The position numbers and the translations under genes are program-made. From Pseudomonadota bacterium (lineage in GTDB: Bacteria; Pseudomonadota; Alphaproteobacteria; Caulobacterales; Parvularculaceae), in contig JBCBMW010000004.1 in the NCBI GenBank assembly GCA_039822105.1, positions 55,418-119,417 of the forward strand: a stretch of 64,000 bases of DNA, given 5' to 3'. The notes beneath the pieces are model-generated. The model was not told the DNA's origin. It saw nothing but the letters and a program-made list of their open reading frames with translations, and searched no databases. Shown piece by piece: positions 57,382 through 64,000 of the stretch (position 1 is its first letter; each line of letters opens with the position of its first letter).

Positions 57382-60357
57382 ATGGCCCATGACGGCAGCC
57401 GCGGCTCCGATTTTTCTTCCGGTCAATCTCTAGCGGACATCTCGTTCCTGTCTGGCGGAAACGCTGTTTATCTCGAACAGCAGTTTGCCAAGTATGCGGA
57501 GAATCCGAATTCCGTCGATCCGGCGCTGCGCGCCTATTTCGATGCGTTTGGTGACGGCGCAGAGACAGCAAAGCGCAACGCCGCAGGCCCCAGCTGGCGC
57601 CGCGACGATTGGCCCGCACGGGCAGGGGATGAGCTGACCGCAGCCCTTGGCGGCAATTGGGCCGGTATTGGCGACGCGCTTCAGAAGAAGATCGAGAAGC
57701 AGAAAGCTGGCACCGGCGCGTCCGAAGAAGACGTTCGCGCGGCCGTCAACGATGCTGTTCGTGCGCTGATGCTCATCCGCGCCTACCGTGTGCGCGGTCA
57801 CATGATTGCCAATCTCGATCCGCTCTCTTTGCGCGAGATCGAGGTGCACCCGGAGCTTGATCCAGCGAGCTATGGCTTCACCGATGAGGACTATGACCGC
57901 GAGATCTTCCTCGACATGGTCCTGGGTCTTGAGCGCGCGACCCTGCGGACGATCCTTGAGATCCTTCGCCGCACCTATTGCGGCACCTTCGCGATCGAGT
58001 TCACCCACATCACCGACCCGGATCAGAAGCAGTGGCTTCAAAGCCGGATTGAGGGCATGGACAAAGAGATCAAGTTCACGCCCGAGGGCAAGAAGGCGAT
58101 CCTCAGCAAGCTGATCGAAGCCGAGGGCTTCGAGAACTACCTCCACGTCAAATATCAGGGTACAAAGCGCTTTGGTATCGATGGCGGCGAGTCCATGGTT
58201 CCGGCCATGGAGCAGATCATCAAGCGCGGCGGCGCGCTGGGTGTGAAAGAGATCAATCTCGGCATGCCGCACCGCGGGCGTCTCAACGTCCTCGCCGCGG
58301 TGATGGGCAAACCCTACCACCAGATCTTCCACGAGTTCCAAGGCGGCGCTGCTATTCCTTCCGATGTCGGAGGGTCTGGTGACGTGAAGTACCACCTTGG
58401 CGCGTCGTCTGACCGCGCCTTTGACGGCAATGAAGTGCACCTCAGCCTGGCCGCGAACCCCAGCCACCTCGAGGCTGTCGACCCCGTGGTTCTTGGCAAG
58501 TGCCGCGCCAAGCAAGACATGATGGAGCCTGACCCGCGCAACAAGGTTGGCCGCACCCATGTGATGCCGCTGCTGCTCCACGGCGATGCGGCGTTTGCTG
58601 GCCAGGGCGTGGTGGCGGAGTGCTTCGGCTTCACCGCGCTGCGCGGCTATCGCACGGGCGGGACGATCCACTTCATCGTCAACAACCAGATCGGCTTTAC
58701 GACAAGTCCGCGCTTCTCGCGCAGTTCTCCGTATCCGTCGGATGTGGCGAAGATGGTCGAAGCACCGATTTTCCACGTCAATGGCGACGACCCCGAAGCC
58801 GTCGTTTTCGCCGCGAAAGTGGCAACAGAGTTCCGCATGGAGTTCGGCCACGACGTGGTCCTCGATATGTGGTGCTACCGCCGCTTTGGCCACAACGAAG
58901 GCGATGAACCGAGCTTCACACAGCCGGTCATGTACGAGAAAATCCGTTCACGGCGTTCAACCCGTGAGCTCTATGCGGATCGCCTCGTGCAAGAGGGCCT
59001 CGTCTCGGAAGCCGAAGTCGAAAAAGAGATGTCGGACTTCCGCACGTTCCTCGAAAATGAGTTCGACAAGGGACGTGAGTACAGCCCGATGAAGGCCGAT
59101 TGGCTCGATGCCCGTTGGAAAGGCTTCAAACCTCCGCAAGATGACGATCGCCGCGGTGACACCGCTGTCGATACAGCGAAGCTGAACGACATTGGGCAGA
59201 AGCTTGTCCATGTCCCTGAGGGGCATACGGTCCACAAGACGCTCAAGCGGATCATTGATGCCAAGCGTAAGAACCTTGAGGCTGGTGAGAACATCGATTG
59301 GGCCACGGCTGAGGCTTTGGCCTTTGGCTCGCTCCTGACGGAGGGTTACCGGGTCCGTCTTTCCGGTCAAGACTCCGTACGCGGTACATTCTCGCAACGT
59401 CACGCAAGCTTTGTCGATCAGCAGACGGAGAAGCGCTACACGCCGCTTCAGAACTTGTCGGATGATCAGGCTGAGTTTGAGGTCATCGACTCCAACCTCT
59501 CCGAATTTGCGGTGATGGGTTTTGAGTATGGCTACTCATTGGCTGACCCCACCACGCTGACCCTTTGGGAGGCGCAGTTCGGTGACTTCGCCAATGGTGC
59601 CCAGACGATCTTTGACCAGTTCATTTCGTCAGCGGAGCGCAAATGGCTGCGGATGTCGGGTCTCGTCCTCCTTCTGCCGCACGGCTACGAAGGTCAGGGT
59701 CCAGAGCACTCATCGGCAAGGCTTGAGCGTTATCTCCAGGCCTGTGCCCAGGACAACCTCCAGGTGGCCAACTGCACAACGCCTGCGAACTACTTCCATA
59801 TTCTCCGCCGTCAGATGAAGCGCGAGTTCCGCAAGCCGCTGATCCTGATGACGCCAAAGTCGCTTCTGCGCCACAAGAAGGCCGTTTCGACGTTGGAGGA
59901 GATGGGCCCAGGCAGCTCGTTCCACCGCGTTCTATGGGACGATGCGGAGTTCAAGCCTGGCTCGACGCTGACGCTCAAGCCGGACCACGACATCAACCGC
60001 GTCGTTCTTTGTTCGGGTAAGGTCTATTACGACCTCCTCGAAGAGCGTGAGAAGCGTGGCCGAGACGATATCTATCTCCTCCGTCTTGAGCAGTTCTATC
60101 CGCTTCCTGCGGGTTCACTGATCAAAGAGCTGAAGCGCTTCCCCACCGCCGAGATGGTGTGGTGCCAGGAAGAGCCGAAGAATATGGGCGGGTGGTCCTT
60201 CATCGAACCGAACCTCGAATGGGTCCTCGGCCAAATCGATGCGAAATATCCGCGTGCGCGCTATGCCGGCCGACAGGCGTCGGCCTCCACCGCCACGGGG
60301 CACATGCAACAACACAGACAAGAGCTCGAAACCTTCCTCGAAGAAGCGCTCGGATAA
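57382..60357 (+). CDS. sucA: 2-oxoglutarate dehydrogenase E1
   Basis: KRFGIDGGE, GMPHRGRLN, NPSHLEAVDP, HGDAAFAGQG, GHNEGDEP, WEAQFGDFANGAQ. Confidence 0.98.
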   Translation: MAHDGSRGSDFSSGQSLADISFLSGGNAVYLEQQFAKYAENPNSVDPALRAYFDAFGDGAETAKRNAAGPSWRRDDWPARAGDELTAALGGNWAGIGDALQKKIEKQKAGTGASEEDVRAAVNDAVRALMLIRAYRVRGHMIANLDPLSLREIEVHPELDPASYGFTDEDYDREIFLDMVLGLERATLRTILEILRRTYCGTFAIEFTHITDPDQKQWLQSRIEGMDKEIKFTPEGKKAILSKLIEAEGFENYLHVKYQGTKRFGIDGGESMVPAMEQIIKRGGALGVKEINLGMPHRGRLNVLAAVMGKPYHQIFHEFQGGAAIPSDVGGSGDVKYHLGASSDRAFDGNEVHLSLAANPSHLEAVDPVVLGKCRAKQDMMEPDPRNKVGRTHVMPLLLHGDAAFAGQGVVAECFGFTALRGYRTGGTIHFIVNNQIGFTTSPRFSRSSPYPSDVAKMVEAPIFHVNGDDPEAVVFAAKVATEFRMEFGHDVVLDMWCYRRFGHNEGDEPSFTQPVMYEKIRSRRSTRELYADRLVQEGLVSEAEVEKEMSDFRTFLENEFDKGREYSPMKADWLDARWKGFKPPQDDDRRGDTAVDTAKLNDIGQKLVHVPEGHTVHKTLKRIIDAKRKNLEAGENIDWATAEALAFGSLLTEGYRVRLSGQDSVRGTFSQRHASFVDQQTEKRYTPLQNLSDDQAEFEVIDSNLSEFAVMGFEYGYSLADPTTLTLWEAQFGDFANGAQTIFDQFISSAERKWLRMSGLVLLLPHGYEGQGPEHSSARLERYLQACAQDNLQVANCTTPANYFHILRRQMKREFRKPLILMTPKSLLRHKKAVSTLEEMGPGSSFHRVLWDDAEFKPGSTLTLKPDHDINRVVLCSGKVYYDLLEEREKRGRDDIYLLRLEQFYPLPAGSLIKELKRFPTAEMVWCQEEPKNMGGWSFIEPNLEWVLGQIDAKYPRARYAGRQASASTATGHMQQHRQELETFLEEALG

Positions 60358-60372
60358 GACAGGCAAATCATC

Positions 60373-61878
60373 ATGGTAGAAATCCGCGTCCCCGCCCTTG
60401 GCGAAAGCGTCACCGAAGCCACGATCGGTCAGTGGCTGAAAAAAGAAGGCGACAGCGTCTCCGCTGATGAGCCTGTGGTGGAACTCGAGACCGACAAAGT
60501 CTCTGTGGAGGTGCCTGCACCTGCCGCTGGGGTTCTCTCGAAAATTGCCGCGAAGGAGGGCGACACGGCCGATCTCGACGCGCTGCTCGGTGAGATCGGC
60601 GAGGCCAATGGCGCGGCGCCTGCACCATCAAACGGTGCTTCCGCTCCTGCACCAGCGCCCGCTGCTGCATCCTCCGCAGGCGGACAACAAGTCGACATCG
60701 TGGTCCCATCCTCAGGTGAGAGCGTGACCGAAGCCGATATTGGTGAGTGGCTCGTGAAGGTGGGTGACGTCGTGAAAGTCGACGATCCGCTCGTCACCCT
60801 CGAAACCGATAAGGCGGCTGTTGATTTGCCTGCTCCTGTCAGCGGCACAGTCGTTGAGCTGAAAGCCAATGAAGGCGACACCGTCTCTGTTGGCGACGTC
60901 ATCGGTGTGATGGCGGAGGGCGAGGGCGCAGCCGCGGCGGCGCCGAAGCCTGCTCCAGCTGCTTCTGCGGCACCGGCACCCGCTCCGTCAACGGACGCTC
61001 CTCTGTCGCCAGCGCCGCGCCGGATCATTGAGCAGAACAACCTCGACTCAAGCGCCATTGCCGGGACTGGCAAAGGTGGCCGGATCACCAAAGGTGATGC
61101 GCTTGAGGCCCTGAGCCAAGTCGGCACGGCGGCTGCGAAACCTGCCCAGGCCCGTCCATCCGCGCCGAAAGAGCTCGGTGAGCGCGAAGAGCGCGTGAAG
61201 ATGTCCCGCCTGCGCCAGACGATCGCCCGGCGGCTGAAAGAAAGCCAAGAGATCGCGGCGCAGCTGACGACCTTCAACGATGTCGACATGACCGGCGTCA
61301 TGGACGCACGCAAACAGTACAAAGAGCTTTTCGAGAAAAAGCACGGCGTCAAGCTCGGCTTCATGTCGTTCTTTGTGAAGGCCTGTATCCAGGCCCTGCG
61401 CGAAGTGCCTGAGGTCAACGCTGAGATTGATGGCACGGACATCATCTACAAGAATCACTACGATGTCGGTATTGCGGTGGGTACGGATAAAGGCCTTGTG
61501 GTCCCGGTCTTGCGCGATGCTGATGTCAAATCGATCGCCCAGATCGAGAAAGAGATCGCAGACTTTGGTCGCCGCGCTCGCGATGGCGATCTGAAGCTGG
61601 AAGAGATGCAAGGCGGCACCTTCACCATCACCAATGGCGGTGTCTACGGCTCCTTGATGTCGACGCCGATCCTCAACATGCCGCAGTCTGGTATTCTCGG
61701 TATGCACCGTATTGAGAAGCGCCCGATCGTCATGGGTGATGAGGTCAAGGTCCGTCCGATGATGTATCTCGCGCTCAGCTACGATCACCGCATCGTCGAC
61801 GGTAAGGGCGCAGTGACGTTCCTTGTACGGGTCAAAGAGAACCTCGAGGATCCGCAGCGTCTCCTGCTCGATCTCTAA
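60373..61878 (+). CDS. sucB: 2-oxoglutarate dehydrogenase E2 (dihydrolipoyl succinyltransferase), two lipoyl domains
   Basis: Two ETDK lipoyl motifs, E3-binding [12 protein letters not shown], catalytic YDHRIVDG. Confidence 0.98.
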   Translation: MVEIRVPALGESVTEATIGQWLKKEGDSVSADEPVVELETDKVSVEVPAPAAGVLSKIAAKEGDTADLDALLGEIGEANGAAPAPSNGASAPAPAPAAASSAGGQQVDIVVPSSGESVTEADIGEWLVKVGDVVKVDDPLVTLETDKAAVDLPAPVSGTVVELKANEGDTVSVGDVIGVMAEGEGAAAAAPKPAPAASAAPAPAPSTDAPLSPAPRRIIEQNNLDSSAIAGTGKGGRITKGDALEALSQVGTAAAKPAQARPSAPKELGEREERVKMSRLRQTIARRLKESQEIAAQLTTFNDVDMTGVMDARKQYKELFEKKHGVKLGFMSFFVKACIQALREVPEVNAEIDGTDIIYKNHYDVGIAVGTDKGLVVPVLRDADVKSIAQIEKEIADFGRRARDGDLKLEEMQGGTFTITNGGVYGSLMSTPILNMPQSGILGMHRIEKRPIVMGDEVKVRPMMYLALSYDHRIVDGKGAVTFLVRVKENLEDPQRLLLDL

Positions 61879-61943
61879 TCGCCTTCGGGCTGCGTTTACC
61901 TTGGCCCAAGGCTGAGACGCGCCACCCCTCTTTTGATGTTTTG

Positions 61944-61976
61944 GCCCCGCGTTCCTGCGAGCGCGGGGCATTTTTT
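61944..61976 (+). terminator. Intrinsic terminator after sucB
   Basis: GCCCCGCG-(10 nt)-CGCGGGGC-A-TTTTTT. Confidence 0.82.
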
Positions 61977-62354
61977 GGCGAACCGTCAAACCAAAGATCG
62001 CGGGTTCAGCTGATCGCCAGAAGTTTTTTTCGCGCTCATTCGCGGGACAGCCGGCACTTTTTTGGCGAGTGCTTGTCGAGCAGAGGTGTCTCGGCTGGCC
62101 TCCTCTTGCCCTTGCTGACGCGCCGACGTGTCATCAGGCCATTCCAAGACTCTGAACGTCTTCAATGCATTGCTCGACTTTACCGCTTCGGGTCGCCCCA
62201 ACAGGGTTAAGCACTCCTTGCCGCGGCACGAGGGTTGCGTCTCCCAAAGAAACAAAAACGCCAGCGTTTTGCTGTCCCGGTTCCAATGTTTCTTTAGCGG
62301 ATCTTGGGTGAAACTTCCGGTGACACGCAGCAATAGCGTGATAAGGTCAAAACA

Positions 62355-62951
62355 ATGGGCAGGAAGTGGTGCATATTGGGGGCGTTGGCCTGCGGTCTCG
62401 CAGGTTGCATGACCCGTGCGCCTGACGCGGAGGAAGGGCTCGCTGGCGGCATCACCGAGGGCGTGCTTGCGCCGCTTGAGGATGTGAATTTCCGCCGCGA
62501 GGCCATCCCTGAAATTCTTCAAGGTCTGCAGGTCTACGAGAAGCCTGTTCCGTCGAGCTGTGGCGGCATTGCGGCGGAGATCGCAGAGCTTGAGCTCTAT
62601 GTCGGCTCGGACCTCGATGAGGTCCGGGTGGCCGAGAATGGCCTCAACATTCGCGAGCAGATCACTGATTATGCGGACGACCAGGCCTATTCCTACATCG
62701 CCGGCTTCACCACTGACTTTATTCCGTTTCGGAGCATGGTGCGCCGGGCAACGGGGGCGAATGCTCACGATAGGGCCATCCGCAAGGCCTACCGCAACGG
62801 CCGGCTGCGCCGTTCCTATCTGAAGGGCATCGGTTTCGCGCTTGGTTGCGCAAGCCCCGCCGCGCCGTTCTTCCCCTCTGCCGCGCCCCGTGACGAGCAA
62901 CAGGGCGACGGCGAGACCTTTGAGTTCATGGCCGTTCCTCCGGCCTGGTAA
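62355..62951 (+). CDS. Hypothetical lipoprotein
   Basis: Lipobox LAGC. APLEDVNF...IPEIL...C..IAAEIAEL...G.DLD and IPFRSMVRRATGA segments look protein-like. Function unknown. Confidence 0.75.
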   Translation: MGRKWCILGALACGLAGCMTRAPDAEEGLAGGITEGVLAPLEDVNFRREAIPEILQGLQVYEKPVPSSCGGIAAEIAELELYVGSDLDEVRVAENGLNIREQITDYADDQAYSYIAGFTTDFIPFRSMVRRATGANAHDRAIRKAYRNGRLRRSYLKGIGFALGCASPAAPFFPSAAPRDEQQGDGETFEFMAVPPAW

Positions 62952-63011
62952 GGTCTTGCGCGAGAGGCCTTGGTCGGCGACACACTCTTCGCAACTGCAC
63001 GCGGAGATGGC

Positions 63012-63713
63012 ATGGCGGACAAGGTTTATCAGGGTGCAACGGCGGCGCTGGAAGGGCTCACCTTCGATGGCATGACGGTGATGGCCGGCGGTTTTGGCCT
63101 TTGCGGGATTCCCGAGACATTGATCATTGCACTGCGCGATTCAGGCGCGAAGGACATCACGGCGATTTCCAACAACGCTGGGGTCGATGACTGGGGCCTG
63201 GGCCTGCTTCTCCAGACCCGGCAGATCAGCAAGATGGTCAGCTCATACGTTGGCGAGAACGCCACTTTCGAAAAACAGTACCTGTCCGGAGAATTGGACC
63301 TCGAATTTAACCCCCAAGGCACCTTGGCCGAGCGTATCCGCGCGGGCGGGGCGGGCATTCCGGCTTTCTATACCAAAACAGGTGTTGGAACCAAAATCGC
63401 TGAAGGCAAAGAAGAGCGAGAATTCGGCGGTGAGCGGTACATCATGGAGACAGGCCTCGTGGCCGATCTCTCGATTGTCCGTGCATGGAAGGGTGACCGC
63501 GAAGGCAACCTGATCTACCGGAAGACGGCGAGGAACTTTAACCCTATGATGGCGACCGCTGGCAAAGTGTGCGTCGCCGAGGTCGAAGAATTGGTCGAGG
63601 TCGGATCGATCGATGCCGATCACATCCACACCCCCGGCATTTTCGTCGACCGGATCATCGAAGCCAAACAAGAAAAGCGGATTGAACAGCGTACTGTTCA
63701 ACCGGCCGCATAA
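63012..63713 (+). CDS. scoA: 3-oxoacid CoA-transferase subunit A
   Basis: [56 protein letters not shown] 63012. Confidence 0.95.
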   Translation: MADKVYQGATAALEGLTFDGMTVMAGGFGLCGIPETLIIALRDSGAKDITAISNNAGVDDWGLGLLLQTRQISKMVSSYVGENATFEKQYLSGELDLEFNPQGTLAERIRAGGAGIPAFYTKTGVGTKIAEGKEEREFGGERYIMETGLVADLSIVRAWKGDREGNLIYRKTARNFNPMMATAGKVCVAEVEELVEVGSIDADHIHTPGIFVDRIIEAKQEKRIEQRTVQPAA

Positions 63714-63724
63714 GGAGATTTGAT

Positions 63725-64000
63725 ATGCCTTGGACGCGTGATCAAATGGCCGAGAAGGCCGCGAGTGAACTGCAAGACGGTTTCTATGTGAACCTCGGGA
63801 TCGGTATCCCGACCCTGGTCGCGAACCACATCCCAGAGGGGATGGAGGTGACGCTTCAATCCGAGAACGGCATGCTCGGCATGGGGCCGTTTCCTCATGA
63901 GGACGAAGTCGACGCTGACCTTATCAATGCTGGTAAGCAGACGATCACGGAGCTTGATAAGACGAGCTTTTTCTCGTCCGCTGACAGTTTCGCGATGATC
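63725..64000 (+). CDS. scoB: 3-oxoacid CoA-transferase subunit B (3' truncated by window edge)
   Basis: MPWTRDQMA...[14 protein letters not shown]...QSENG.LG...[20 protein letters not shown]. Confidence 0.95.
   Translation, partial: MPWTRDQMAEKAASELQDGFYVNLGIGIPTLVANHIPEGMEVTLQSENGMLGMGPFPHEDEVDADLINAGKQTITELDKTSFFSSADSFAMI

Noticed and set aside
57430-58893. 487-aa antisense ORF over sucA (also 52424-53554 over sucC, 60429-61445 and 61048-61989 over sucB)
   Set aside because: Same shadow-ORF effect from stop-codon scarcity on the antisense strand of conserved genes.
60595-61020. Low-complexity gcaccg/gctcc repeats in sucB (also in fliK)
   Set aside because: These encode ordinary Ala/Pro-rich flexible linkers, not a DNA repeat element.
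61986-62900. 304-aa minus-strand ORF overlapping the lipoprotein gene
   Set aside because: Mostly antisense to 62355-62951. The remainder has atypical codons and no RBS. Only the intergenic part is kept as a weak lead.

Overview
GC-rich alphaproteobacterial chromosome segment with about 70 tightly packed genes; many junctions are 1-4 nt overlaps. My impression is a marine Parvularcula/Caulobacter/Rhodobacter-like organism, but this was not verified. 1-18.5 kb: part of a flagellar gene cluster (flgG-flgA-flgH-fliL, flgD/fliK, flgJ-fliC-flaF-flbT, flgB-flgC-fliE-fliQ-flhA-fliR-flhB, a divergent FliM-like gene, motB-flgE-flgK-flgL-flgI), with CtrA-like boxes. 18.7-35.7 kb: hisS, a PEP-CTERM-type exported protein, mutL, beta-propeller phytase, marC-glk, MarR-CPBP, mscS, aminotransferase, dps, glyS-ppdK and a cell wall hydrolase. 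35.7-50 kb, mostly minus strand: HD hydrolase-nadQ-nadABC, an ABM-MarR pair, PhyH/FabH-like/SnoaL genes and an eight-gene overlapping operon from cysK to tag. 50-64 kb: EF-hand lipoprotein, mnmA, sucC, four interposed genes, sucD-sucA-sucB and scoA-scoB. I saw no rRNA, tRNA, CRISPR array, transposase, integrase or phage genes. Most of the window is ordinary housekeeping, and I cannot claim a demonstrably new system. The best leads are regulatory: a possible RNA switch in the marC leader, a 34-bp near-perfect palindrome before ABM-MarR, tandem NadQ boxes, apparently leaderless genes, and a methyltransferase/cupin/sulfotransferase/membrane-protein block that splits sucC from sucD. All calls come from reading motifs by eye; no database search was run.
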